Shown here: piece by piece, positions 1 through 11,737 of the stretch
Layout of the letters: each line of letters starts with the position of its first letter
Position numbering within the stretch: the first letter of the stretch is position 1
Source: an uncultured bacterium
Lineage (GTDB): Bacteria > Verrucomicrobiota > Verrucomicrobiia > Limisphaerales > UBA8199
Reading direction: 5' to 3'
DNA: 64,000 nucleotides
NCBI GenBank assembly: GCA_963749495.1
Contig: CAVVMW010000008.1
Coordinates: 1 to 64,000, forward strand
The notes under the pieces: generated by a model
Told to the model about the DNA's origin: nothing
Databases searched by the model: none
What the model saw: the letters and a program-made list of their open reading frames with translations, nothing else
Made by a program: the position numbers and the translations under genes

Positions 1-1
1 G

Positions 2-799
2 GAATATACGAACTATACAAACCTGGTGGCCCAGCAGGACTTGGATACAGCCCAGGGGAAGGATTGGATGACCCAGGCGGCCATTGCCGGCGCCAAAGCC
101 GAGGTTGACCGCTACCAAACGATGGTGGGCTATACGGCGATCACGGCGCCCTTTGACGGAGTCATCATGCATCGCTACGTTGATCCGGGCACGCTGGTCC
201 AGGCCGGCACTACCTCCGATACCCAGGCCTTGCCCGTGGTGCGGCTCTCGGACAATTACCGGCTGCGGCTCGATTTCCCGGTCTCGCTGGCTTTTGTGAA
301 GGACATTCGCGAGGGCGACCCGGTGGACGTGCGGGTCCAGTCACTGGGCGGCAAGCGCCTGAAGGGGATCATCAAGCGGTTCACGCGAAGGGTCAACGAA
401 GACACCCGGAAAATGACCACGGAGATCGAAGTGCCTAATGCCAATTTGGAACTGACTCCCGGCATGTATGCCAAGGTGGTGCTCAGGGTGGACCGGCGGT
501 CGCAGGCGCTGGCTATCCCCATGGAGGCGGTTCCCGCGGGTGAGACCAACAGCGTGTACGTGGTTGATGGCAAGGGTGAAATCGAGGATCGGCCGGTGAC
601 CCTCGGGGTGGACACGCCGACGCGGTATGAAGTCGTGGCCGGCTTGCAGGAGGGTGAAATGGTGCTGGTGGGCCCGCGGTCGCAGCTCACGCCCGGCCAG
701 AAAGTCCGAACCGATCGGACCGGCCCCCTGGCCCAACGATCACCGTCCGCAGCACGAAGCATGAGGCAGCAATCAAGAAAGCCAACCGACGAACCCTGA
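2..799 (+). CDS. RND efflux periplasmic adaptor (MFP) subunit, 5'-partial
   Basis: ITAPFDGVI lipoyl half-motif and LTPGMYAKV/GLQEGEMV motifs; frame open from the window edge; upstream of an RND permease. Confidence 0.9.
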   Translation, partial: EYTNYTNLVAQQDLDTAQGKDWMTQAAIAGAKAEVDRYQTMVGYTAITAPFDGVIMHRYVDPGTLVQAGTTSDTQALPVVRLSDNYRLRLDFPVSLAFVKDIREGDPVDVRVQSLGGKRLKGIIKRFTRRVNEDTRKMTTEIEVPNANLELTPGMYAKVVLRVDRRSQALAIPMEAVPAGETNSVYVVDGKGEIEDRPVTLGVDTPTRYEVVAGLQEGEMVLVGPRSQLTPGQKVRTDRTGPLAQRSPSAARSMRQQSRKPTDEP

Positions 800-1495
800 A
801 TGAAGTCACCACTGACACCCGAAGAACTGGAGGCCTTGCGGCGGCTGGACGCCTGCACCCTGGCCAACGCCATCGAGACCTTTAAGGAGCGCCTGCGCAA
901 CGAGGGCTTTATGGACCATAGCGTCTGTTGCCTGTTTCCGCGTTTGCCGCCCATGCTCGGCTACGCGGTGACCCTTAAGATCCGGGGCTCGGCGCCGCCC
1001 ACCACCGATGGAGTCTATCCCGACCGGACCGACTGGTGGGACGATATCCTCTCGCTGCCGGCGCCGCGCGTGGTGGTGGTGCAGGACATGGCCACGCGCC
1101 CCGGCTTGGGTTCGCTGGTCGGCGCCGTGCACATGAACATCCTCCGGACATTGCACTGCGACGGTGTGGTCACCAATGGAGCCGTGCGCGACCTTCCGGC
1201 CGCCGAGAGCGCCGGCTTTCATTTGTTTGCCGGGGGCGTCTCGGTGTCCCACGCCTACACTCATATTGTCGAGATTGGGCGAGGGGTCGAGATCGGCGGA
1301 TTGAAGATCCAATCCGGGGACCTGTTGCACGGCGACTTGCACGGCGTGCAATTGATCCCGCTGGATCTCGCGGCCCGGATTCCATCCGTGGCCGCCCAAA
1401 TCACCGCGAAGGACCAGGCGCTGATCGCTCTCTGCCGCTCGGCGGATTTCTCGCTCGAAAAACTGCGCGCCGCTATCGCCAACGAAAGGTTTTAG
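800..1495 (+). CDS. RraA/HMG-aldolase family protein
   Basis: GYAVT, GVVTNGAVRD and GDLLHGDLHGV motifs. Confidence 0.85.
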   Translation: MKSPLTPEELEALRRLDACTLANAIETFKERLRNEGFMDHSVCCLFPRLPPMLGYAVTLKIRGSAPPTTDGVYPDRTDWWDDILSLPAPRVVVVQDMATRPGLGSLVGAVHMNILRTLHCDGVVTNGAVRDLPAAESAGFHLFAGGVSVSHAYTHIVEIGRGVEIGGLKIQSGDLLHGDLHGVQLIPLDLAARIPSVAAQITAKDQALIALCRSADFSLEKLRAAIANERF

Positions 1496-1552
1496 CCCGC
1501 TCCGCCGCTGCACCTGATTTAAGACACTCAACCATCTGGCTCTGCCCTTGCT

Positions 1553-4500
1553 ATGTCTGGCTTTTCCCTTCGTTACCCGTATCTGATCGTCGTGGTTTGC
1601 CTCATCGTGTGCGTGGTCGGCATCACCAGCCTGGTGCGCATGCCGGTGGACCTGTTCCCGGCGATCAAAATCCCGGTGGTCGTGGTCGCCACGTTCTATT
1701 CCGGCATGCCGCCGGAGCAGATCGAGAACGACATCACCGGGCAATTCGAGCGCATGTTTACCCTCGCCTCGGGGATCGACCACATGGAGTCCCGCTCGCT
1801 CACAGGGGTCAGCCTCATCAAGGTCTATTTCCAGCCCGGCTCGAACCCGGATTCGGACGTCACGAGCATTGCCAATCTGGCCATGGCGAGCCTGCGTTAT
1901 CTGCCGGCAGGCACTTTGCCGCCGGTGGTGATGAAGTTCGATGCGTCGAGTCTGCCAGTCTGCCTGGTCACCCTGAAAGGGGAGGGCCTGAGCGAATCGC
2001 AACTGCGGGATTACGGGCAATTCACGATTCGCAACCAGATGGCCGTCGTCCCCGGGGCGTCGGTGCCACCGGCCTTCGGCGGGCGCTACCGCCAGATCAT
2101 GGTGTACGTGGACCCGCTCAAACTGGAGGCCCACCAGTTGAGCGTGATGGACGTGGTGCGCACGGTCAACGAGGCCAACCTCATCCTGCCGGCGGGCGAC
2201 GTGAAGATCGGCCCGTTCGATTACAACGTCTATGCGAACAGCCAAATCAACGCGATGAAGGACATCGACCTGTTGCCGCTCAAGACAGTGGGTTCGGCCT
2301 CGGTGCTGGTGGGGGACGTTGGCCGGGCGGAGGACGCGTCCCAAATCCAGGTCAACAAGGTCCGTGTCAACAGCCAGGCCTCGGTCTATCTGCCGGTCCT
2401 GAAACAGGGTGGAGATGCCAACACCATCGCGGTGGTCGACGGGGTCAAGTCCGTGGTTTCCCATTTGTTGGAGGTCCCCAAAGAGTTGATCACGGAGGTG
2501 GTTTTCGACCAGTCGGTGTTCGTGCGCACGGCCATCGAGAACCTGGTCCATGAAGGGGCCATCGGGCTGGTGCTGACGGGGGCGATGATCCTGGTCTTTC
2601 TCGGCAGCATGCGGGCCACCGCCGCCGTTTTTCTCTCGATCCCGCTCTCGGCCCTGGCCGCGTTCATCGCCTTGGCGCTTGGCGACAACACGGTCAACGC
2701 CATGATCCTTGGGGGCCTGGCCCTGGCCTTCTCCCGGCTGATTGACAACTCGGTGGTGGTGCTCGAGAACATCTTCCGCCACTTGGAAATGGGCGAGCCC
2801 CCCGAGGTTGCGGCCGAACGGGGAGGCCAGGAAGTGGCCTTGCCGGTGCTGGCGGCGACGCTGACCACGGTGGTGGTCTTCTTCCCGGTGACGTTTCTGT
2901 ATGGCGTGAGCCGCTTTTTGTTCACGGCGCTGGCGCTGGCGGTGGTGCTGTCCCTGTTTGCCTCCTACTTCGTCGCGATGTCGGTGGTGCCGTTGTTCTG
3001 TGCGAAGCTCATCAAGGCGCACCAGGCACACGCAGGCGGCGAGCAAGCGGCCCCAAAAGGCTTGGGCGGGCGCTTCAATGCCTGGTTCAACCGCAAGTTC
3101 CACCAGATGCTCGACCGCTATGAAGGGGCGGTGAACCTCGCCTTGCTGCGCCCAATCGCCACGGTTGTCGGCATCACCGGGTTGTTCGTGCTTAGTTTGG
3201 GCCTCTATCCGGCCATCGGCAAGGCCTACTTCCCCCGGACCGATCCGGGCCAGTTCGTCATTAGCCTCAAGGCTCAATCCGGCACCAAACTGGAACTGAC
3301 CGACAAGCTGGTGGGGGTTGGTGGAGGACGTTGTCCGCGAGGCTGTCCCCAAGAAGGACCTCAAGATCATCGTATCGAACATAGGCATCACGCCGGGCTT
3401 TTCAGCTATCTTGAACCCGAACTCGGCCCCGCACACGGCTTTCGTGCTGGTGGGGCTCAACGAGGAACGCCGCCTCGACAGTTTCGCCTACATGAACCTG
3501 GTCCGTCAGCGACTCCGGCGCGAGGTGCCGCAGGTGACCGCTTACCTGCAGACCGGCGGATTGGTGGACGCCATCCTCAACCAGGGCATGCCCGCCCCGC
3601 TCGATATCCAGGTGAGCAGCCCGGACGTGCGGACGGCCCACGCCATCGCCTCGCGCCTGGCGCGGCAAGTGCGCGCCCTGCCGGGGGTGAGCGACGTGCT
3701 GGTGCCGCAGGACGTGGATTATCCGGCGCTGAAAATCGACATTGACCGCGAGCGAGCCAGCGAGCTGGGCTCAGCGCCCAGGAAGTCGTGGACAGCTTGA
3801 TCACCGCGCTGACCTCCAATGGCATGATCGCACCGAGCTATTGGATCGATCCCAAGACCGGCAACAATTATCTCCTGACGGTCCAGTACCAGGAAGACTA
3901 TGTGAAAAGCCTCGCCGATCTTGGCTCGATGCCGCTGCGCGCGCCGCACCTCAAAGAGCCGACGCGCCTGGACTCGGTTGTCCGCATGACCCGCGTTGCC
4001 GCGCCGACGGAGGTGGACCATTACCAGATCCGGCCCACGGTGGACGTGTATGTCGCGCCGACGGGGGAAGATCTCAGCCGGGTGTATGCGGGCGTGGACA
4101 AGATCGTGAAGCAGACGCCACCGGTGCGGGATACGGAAATCAAGGTGCGCGGTTCGGTGCAAGCCATGCGGGCCTCGTTCCAGAGTTTCGGCTGGGGCCT
4201 GTTGCTCTCGACCTTGCTCGTCTATCTGATCCTGGTGGCGCAATTCAAGTCTTGGGTGGACCCGTTCCTGATTCTGCTGGCGGTGCCGACGGGGCTGACC
4301 GGGGTGCTGCTGATGCTGGCCGCCACCGGGACGACGCTCAATGTGATGTCCTTGATGGGCATCGTCATGATGGTCGGCATTGTCGTTTCCAATAGCATCT
4401 TGATCGTCGAATTCACCAACCGGTTGCGCGCGGAAGGGCGTCCCTTGCGGCAGGCCGTCGTCCTGGCGTGCCGGGTGCGCTTGCGTCCGGTGCTGATGAC

Positions 4501-4741
4501 CTCGCTGGCCACGCTCATCGGTCTGCTGCCGCTGGCGGCCAAGCTCGGGACAGGCAGCGAAAGCTACGCGCCCCTGGCCCGCGCCATCATCGGCGGCTTG
4601 GCGGTCTCGGTCGTGTTGACCGTGTTCATCGTGCCCTGCGCTTATTACCTGATTTACCGCCGGCTGGAGACCACCTCGGCCCAAAAAGACACGCCCCCGG
4701 AGGCGGGCGGGGTTCCACTCGCTTATGACCAAAGCCATTGA
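1553..4741 (+). CDS. RND efflux permease (AcrB/CzcA family), split by frameshifts near 3315 and 3780
   Basis: ORFs 1553-3745, 3318-3800 and 3788-4741 join to about 1060 aa; IDNSVVVLENIFR and RLRPVLMTSLAT motifs. Confidence 0.92.
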
Positions 4742-6024
4742 CCGAGTCTGCTGGGCGGTGCTGGCCGGGCTAGCGCTGAGCAGCGCCGGGGCGGAGGAGT
4801 TGCCGCCGCTGACCCTCGAGGAAGCCCACGAAACGGCGCTGCGCAATCATCCGCTCATCAGCGTGGCCGATTTGAAGACGCTGGCCTCGCAACAGGTGCT
4901 CAAGGAGGTGCGCTCCGGGTTCTTCCCGAACCTCTCCGCCAACGCCGTCGCCGTCGGCACCACCGAGAACAACACGCGATTGTCGGCGATTGGCGCTCTG
5001 AACAACCCGGCCATCTTCGACCGCGAAGCCCAAGGATTGGTCATCAGCCAACTCATCACCGACTTTGGCCGCACGGCAAATTTGACGGGCAGCGCCAAAC
5101 TGCGGGCCCAGGCAGCGGCCAACAGCGCCCAGGCGACGCGCGAACAAATCCTGCTGGCGGTTGACGGCGCCTTTTACTCCGCCCAACAAGCCCAGGCGGT
5201 GACGCAGGTGGCTCGGCAGACAGTGACCGCCCGGCAGGTGTTTCTTGAGCAAGTCACGGCGCTGGTGAGTAAAGGGGTGAAATCGGACCTGGATCTCAGC
5301 TTCGCCAAGGTGAATCTGGAAGATGCCAGGCTGCTGCTCAGCAAGGCGCAGAACGACCTGGACGCCGCCTTTGCGCAACTCTCCAATCTGCTCGGACTGC
5401 GGGAAAGCAGGGCCTACCACCTGGTGGAGGAACCGATGCCGCCGGAAGTCGCGACCAACGTGGCCGACTTCGTCGAGCAGGCCCTGAGCTACCGGCCCGA
5501 CCTGCTCAGCCTGCGCAACCAGCGGGAAGCCGCCTTGAAACAGGCCCGGGCCGAACGGGATGCGCGCTTTCCGACCGTTGCCGCGGTGGGCAGCGCCGGC
5601 CTCGCCCCGATTCGCGATTCAGCTTTGCCGGACAACTATGCCGCCGCGGGCGTCATCGTGAGCCTGCCCCTCTTCGCCGGCGGCTATTACACCGCCCGGC
5701 AAAGGGAAGCCGAGCTCCAGGCGCGGGCGGCGGCGGAGAGTCTGCGCGATCTAGAAAACAACGTGATTCGCAACGTGCGCATTACCTGGCTCAACGCGCA
5801 AAACGCCTTCGACCGGTATCGGATCACCGGCCAACTCCTCGAGAACGCCCGGCAGTCATATACCCTTGCGGACGCACGCTACAAAAGCGGGCTGCAGCTC
5901 CATCGTTGAATTCAACCAGGCGGAACTCAATCTGGTCTCCGCGCAAATCGCGTGTGCGAATACCCAATACGAATACATGGTTCAGCGGTCCGCGCTGAGC
6001 TATCAAACTGGCGCGCTGCGCTAA
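4725..6024 (+). CDS. TolC-family outer membrane efflux protein, frameshift near 5895
   Basis: Signal peptide, LTLEEAHETALRNHP and helical repeats; C-terminus SSIVEFNQAELNL...TGALR* continues in another frame to TAA at 6024. Confidence 0.88.
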
Positions 6025-6086
6025 ATCGGCACAATCCCAAAGGAATCGCACCTAAAAACAGGGGGCGCGCCGCCAACGTCTTCGGC

Positions 6087-6596
6087 ATGCTCATAACAAA
6101 CGGCGCGACCGCGCATGTCAACCTCGGTCCGCATGGCGTGCTCGGCGTTCGCGAGTTGATGGATCCGGCGCGGTCGCTCTTCGCCCACATGCCGCTGGAC
6201 GAACTCGTTTTCACCGCCGTGGAGAAGCAGAAAGCGGTGCAAGAAGAAACCCAGGTGCTGCAGGCGGACCTGGAGCAAATGAACCAGCACCGCGAAACAC
6301 TCGTCGAATCGCTGCTCAGCGTCTGCGAGCAAGCGGCCCGCTTGCTCCATCGCGCCGAGAAATGGAGTGTGCTGCCGGACATGGCCGTCGAAATCGGCCA
6401 CGAGCTGCATGTCTTGGCGCGGCGGCATGACTGGCCAGCTCGGCCAGCCGTGCGACCAGAACGCGCCAGAACCTCTACCAAAACCCGCCATTTGGCCTTG
6501 GACGGGCGTTTCGAATGCGGGCGGGGCGGCATGGCCCACAACTTAGAGACCAGGCACAAGGCCGACCACGGCAGCCGAAAAGCTCCCGGAGGATGA
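6087..6596 (+). CDS. Hypothetical protein with a coiled-coil segment
   Basis: ORF with protein-like composition; no family recognised; 3' end runs into a repeat. Confidence 0.4.
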   Translation: MLITNGATAHVNLGPHGVLGVRELMDPARSLFAHMPLDELVFTAVEKQKAVQEETQVLQADLEQMNQHRETLVESLLSVCEQAARLLHRAEKWSVLPDMAVEIGHELHVLARRHDWPARPAVRPERARTSTKTRHLALDGRFECGRGGMAHNLETRHKADHGSRKAPGG

Positions 6597-6735
6597 ATCG
6601 CGCTTTCAGCGCTCCAGAGGATTATTGGCGGCTCTTCCCAGGGCGTTGCCCTGGGCTGGTATGAGCGACGCCTTTGGCGTCCGGAGCACGCACCGCCGGT
6701 GCCATCGTGCAGCAGAAGAATTCTGTCGTGCGCCC
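6579..6735. repeat. Dispersed palindromic repeat, family B copy 1
   Basis: About 155 bp closely matching 43107-43262; core CCCAGGGCGTTGCCCTGGG hairpin. Confidence 0.85.
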
Positions 6736-6743
6736 CGCCTGCC

Positions 6744-8969
6744 CAGGGCGGCTGGCAAGGACCCGGGGGGCGCTCTAATGGGCAATGACTTAGGAAGAAT
6801 TGGCTGGCGTCGGTCCTCTGACTGTGCTGGACTGGGGCCATGTCTATTCATTTGGCCGACTGTTTCAAAGGGGGGCTTCCTCCCGAGCCCAGGCTGCTCA
6901 GCGCAATCACTCTGCGGTTGATCGACGAATCAGATCGAGATCGCTTCGATGAGTTGCTGGCAACCAAGCATTATCTAAAGAACCCCACGGTAGTGGGGCA
7001 GGTGCTGCGGTATGTGGCCGAGTATCAGGGCCAGTGGGTGGCGCTCCTGGTGTTTGGTTCGCCCGCCTTGCACCTCAAGCCACGGGATCGCTGGCTCAAA
7101 TGGTCCCCGCGCCAAGTCAAGGAACGGCGGCACTTGATTGCACAGAACGCCCGGTTTTTGGTGCTGCCCAGCAGCGGTCGGTGGCCGAATTTGGCCTCTC
7201 GGGTCTTGAAACTGGTCTGTGAGCGCCTAGCCCGGGATTGGCAGGAGCACTTTGGTCATCCGGTGCTGGGGATGGAGACCTTCGTGGATCCACAACGTTT
7301 CAAGGGCACTTGCTACAAAGCGGCGGGTTGGCAACAACTGGGGCCGACCCAGGGCTATGAGCGAAACTGGCAGGACTTCTACACCGACACGCAACACCCC
7401 AAGGAACTGTGGGTGCGCCCCTTAAGCCCGCGGAACTTGGAGCAACTGCAAGCCCCAGAGTTGCCGCCCGCCCTGCTCAATCCGGCCGGCCCCCTGCCGC
7501 CCCCTTGTCCGGTGGCCACCGGACGATTGCATTCGCTCTGGGAGTGCTTCCGGTTGCACATGACCGAACCGCGCAAGCCCAAGGGGGTGCGGCATCTGTT
7601 GGCCACGCTTCTGACGCTGGTCGCCTTGGCCATGGCGGCGGGCTGCCAAGGGCCGCACGCCATCGCCGAATTTGCCCAGAGCCTCAACCACGGACAGCGC
7701 CGCCATTTGCGCTGCCGCCGCCGTCCCGGCGCGCACGCTCAGTTCGACGTACCCAGTGAGCGTACCTTCCGGCGCTTGTTAGAAAAGGTGAATGCCGATC
7801 AGGCTCAAGGCGGTGTTGGTGGACTGGATGCGCCAGGAGGATCCCACCCCGCTCAAGACGGTGCATTTCGATGGCAAAGTCGTCAAGAACGCTCGACCGG
7901 CCCCCGCCCGCCCCAAGGCGGACAACGCCCAGGAGTTGCCGGCGCCTGAGCCTTGCGAGATTCCCATCGAGCAGCAAAAGCCCAAGGCCGACAAGGCCCT
8001 GACGCTGGTCAACTTCATGACCTCCGACCAACGCCTGGTCAATCAAATCGCCGTGCCGCGGGACACCAACGAAGAGGCCGCCGTCGCCGCCCATCTGCCC
8101 CAGATGGATTTGGCTGGAGTGCGAGTCACGGCCGATGCCGCCCATACCATCAAAGCCAATTGCCGCCAACTGACCTTCAACAACGGAGCCGACTACTTGC
8201 TCTTCTTAAAAGGCAACCAGCCTCTGGCCCGGGCCAAAGCCGAGCAACTGCTGCCCGGCGCCCTTCCCCCCTCAACTCAGTGTGGTGGACAAGGGCCACG
8301 GTCGGATTGAAACCCGGCGCGTGTGGTCTTGCCTGGTTGACCCTCCGACTCTCGGTCTGGCCGGGGCCGCTCAACTGCTGCGCATCGAGCGCGACGTCCA
8401 GTTCGTGCGGCGGGGCCAGGTGGTTAAAGAGACTCACGACGTGGCGTTCCCCTTCACCAACCTCTGGCCGGAGGAGGCCTCGATCGACGAGTTGCAGCAG
8501 TTGGCCCGCGATCACTGGAGCATCGAAAATGGCCAGCATCACCGCCGCAACCGCACTCAAGACGAAGACCGCTGCACAGTGCGTGAAACCAACACCGCTC
8601 GCAACCTCTCGCTGTTTCGCACCTTGGCCATATTCCTGTGCCAAACTCACCGCCCGCACCGGGGCGGCAAGCTCTCTGAGCGGGATTTTGAGCGCCGGGT
8701 TTGCCGCCGTCCCTGGGGCTTAATCCGCCGCTTCATGACCGGCTCAAGCACAGACGCAGACTAAGAAGCAACGCCTCAACCAGAACCGCAGGCTGCTTGC
8801 GCCAAAGCGGCCATCCTCCGGCTTTGCCGTGATGGCCCCACCGACCTCGAAAACCAGCCCAGCAACGCGCTTTTTCTCAGTGAGCGCGCCGTTCGTGGAG
8901 GCTGGCGGGTTCAAAATACCCACCCGTGCCGATGCCAAAACGTGCCGCCGGACTTTGTCAATAGCCCTG
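6744..8969 (+). mobile_element. ISAs1-family insertion sequence
   Basis: Imperfect terminal inverted repeats CAGGGCGGCTGGCAAGG (6744) and revcomp CAGGGCTATTGACAAAG (ending 8969), 12/17 match; no target-site duplication seen. Confidence 0.8.
6840..8764 (+). CDS. DUF4338-domain + ISAs1 DDE transposase, frame changes near 7803 and 8270
   Basis: N-terminal NLASRVL...ETFVDP..FKGTCYKAAGW (DUF4338); DGK, TADAAH, LKGNQP, GHGRIETR, HWSIEN and DED motifs (ISAs1). Confidence 0.88.
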
Positions 8970-8972
8970 CCT

Positions 8973-9041
8973 CGGAACGCCGGCTTTCACCGGCAGGGTC
9001 CTGGAATTTCCAGGCCACTGCCGCATAAATGCGGCGTTCCG
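8973..9041. repeat. REP-like inverted pair
   Basis: CGGAACGCCG...CGGCGTTCCG with internal hairpins. Confidence 0.65.
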
Positions 9042-9194
9042 GGGGCGGTGTCCGGACGCGCCCCGTTGTCAAGGGAAACTCAAATCCGAATTGAGTTGCC
9101 CCGGGGCGGAGGTGTGATTAGGGTGCAGCTTGAACTCAGGGAGTGTTTGGAGGATTTTTATCAAGCGTGATGGCGAAACAGCCGATTTAGATGT

Positions 9195-11424
9195 ATGACG
9201 CACAAGCCGCTGACAAGCGAAGAGTTGACCGGGCTGATAGCGGGGCTGCACAAGCTGGCCCGGAATCTCTGGTGGACGTGGGACCAGGGCGCGCAGGAGA
9301 TCTTCCAGGAACTGTCCCCGCGCGGGTGGCAGAATCTCTACCACAACGCGGTGGCCATTTTGCACGAGGTCTCCGATTATGAGTTGCGGATGCGGCTGCA
9401 GGAGCCGTGTTTTGCCGAGCAGGTCAGGCAGGTGCTCAAGTCCTTCGAGGCCTACATGAGCGACAAGGCGACCTGGGCGCATGAGCACGCGCCGCGGCTG
9501 CGCCAGGAGCCGGTCGCCTATTTCTCGGCCGAGTTCGGCTTCCATGAGACGCTGCCCATTGCCGCCGGCGGCCTGGGCATCCTCGCCGGCGACCATGCCA
9601 AGTCGGCCAGCGACCTGGGCCTGGGGTTCGTCGGCATCAGCCTCTTTTACCGCGAAGGCTATTTCCAGCAGGCGATCAACGCGAACAACTGGCAGACGGA
9701 GTATTACACGCTGCTGGATCCGAAGAACCTGCCGCTGGAGCCGGTGCTGGGAGCCGGAGGCGAGCCGCTGGTCTGCTCCGTGGACATCGGGATGAACCGG
9801 GTGGCGTTCCAGGCCTGGCGGGCCAATGTCGGCCGCGTGGCGGTGTATTTGCTGGACACCAACCGTCCGGGCAACGAGCAGCACTTCCGCGACCTGACCT
9901 TGCGGGTCTATGGGGGCGACAGCACCACGCGCATCATGCAGGAGGTCCTGCTGGGCATCGGCGGGGTGCGGTTGCTGCGGGCGCTGGGCATCAGTCCCTC
10001 GGTCTTTCACATGAACGAGGGGCATGCCGCCTTTCTGGCGCTGGAGTTGATGCGCGAGAAGATGGCCGCGGGAAAGAGTTTTCACGACGCCCTCGACTTG
10101 ACGCGCGCCGAGTGCATCTTCACCACGCACACCCCGGTGGATGCGGGGCACGACCGGTTCAGCGCCGACCTGATGGATTATGCGATGCACCGGTTCCGCG
10201 CGCAGTTTGGAGCGCCCTTTGCCGAGGCGATGAAGCTGGGGCGGGTCAAACCCGAGGACAACAAGGAGCCGTTCTGCATGACCGTCCTGGCGCTCAGGCT
10301 CTCCCGCGCCGCCAATGCCGTGAGCGAACTCCATGGCCGCGTCAGCCGCCACATGTGGCACTCCCTTTACCCGGACAAACCGGTCGAACAGGTCCCGATC
10401 GGCCACATTACCAACGGTGTTCACCTGCTGGGCTGGATGAAGGGCACCGTCCGCCGGTTTTGGCGGGCCAAGCTGGCCGGGATTTGCGACCTGTCCGCAG
10501 AGGGCCCCTGCCCGCCAGCCGCCTCAAGCGCCCAGGACTGGGCCGCGGCCGTCAACTCCCCGGACTTCTGGCAGCGCATGGCCGACCCCGACTTCGTCTC
10601 GGACGAGGAACTCTGGGCGCTGCGCTACAAGCTCCGCCGCGAGATGATCGAGTTTGCCCGCCGGCGCCTCCTCATCCAGCGCCAGCGCCTGGCCCACGGC
10701 GACTTCATCGCCTTCGATCAACTGCTCAACCCCGATGCCTTGACCATCGGCTTCGCCCGCCGCTTCGCCACTTACAAACGCGCCCCGCTCATCTTCCAGC
10801 AGTTCGAAAACATCGTCCGCCTCACCCGCGACCAGGACCGCCCCATCCAGTTCATCTTCGCCGGCAAAGCCCACCCCCGCGACGACGACGGCAAACGCTA
10901 CATCCAGCACATCATCCACCTCAGCAAATACAGCGACCTCCAGGGCCACCTGGTGTTCCTGGAGAACTACGACGTCCACGTCGCCCGCCAGATGGTCTCC
11001 GGCTGCGACGTTCTGGCTCAACACCCCGCGCCGCCCGCTGGAGGCCTCCGGCACCAGCGGCATGAAGGCCGGCGCCCACGGCTGCCTCAACCTGAGCATC
11101 CTCGATGGCTGGTGGCGCGAAGGCTATGACGGCACCAACGGCTTCGCCATCGGCGAGGACCACCACGCCGATTCCGTCGAGAAGCAGGACCGGACCGACA
11201 GCGCCAACCTCTACAAGGTCCTCACCGAGGAGGTCATCCCGCTCTTCTACCAGCGCGACGCCCAGGGCATCCCACGCCAGTGGATCCAGCGCATCCGCCG
11301 CGCCATGGTCACCTTGGTCCCTCAATTCACCACTGCCCGCATGGTCCGCGAATACGCCCAGAGATACTACGTCCAGGCTCCTCCTTCGGGAGAAGGCAAA
11401 CCCTGGGTTAGAACCGGTATCTGA
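9195..11424 (+). CDS. glgP: Alpha-glucan (glycogen) phosphorylase, frameshift near 11012
   Basis: YFSAEFG, GGLGILAGD, HMNEGH, RRFATYKR, and PLP motif EASGTSGMK across the frameshift. Confidence 0.95.
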
Positions 11425-11737
11425 GGCCCGCCCGGACGTACGGGGCCGGGTCGAATTCCACGGTTTGATCGATGCGCCTATAGTTGATCTGGCGTCCGAC
11501 CGAGTAGCCGCCCTCGGCGCTGAGGGAGAGTCCGCGCACCAGCTCATACTCGATGCCGGCGCCGAGGTGGAAGTCCCGGTAGGTGCCCAGGGCGTTGTCG
11601 TAGCGGGGTTGGCCCAGCTTGTCGCCCTGGTTGGAGTCGGCGCGGAAGACAGCGAACTTGAAGTCGCCGCCTGCAAAGAGGCTGAGTTTGGGCATCGGCC
11701 GATAAATGATGACCGGGCGGGGGAACATGAGGTTGAG
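11408..11737 (-). pseudogene. C-terminal remnant of an outer-membrane beta-barrel (DUF6268-like)
   Basis: LNLMFPRP..., amphipathic strands, ends YRF; no N-terminus; begins directly at the stop codon of the upstream kinase gene. Confidence 0.6.

Noticed and set aside
806..3460. Long antisense or alternate-frame ORFs (also 9069-10424, 34443-36518, 44377-47055 and most of 20611-21861)
   Set aside because: Shadow ORFs of GC-rich genes with no recognisable motifs
6840..7500. Druantia defence system
   Set aside because: DUF4338 here is part of an IS transposase, and there is no DruE-like helicase
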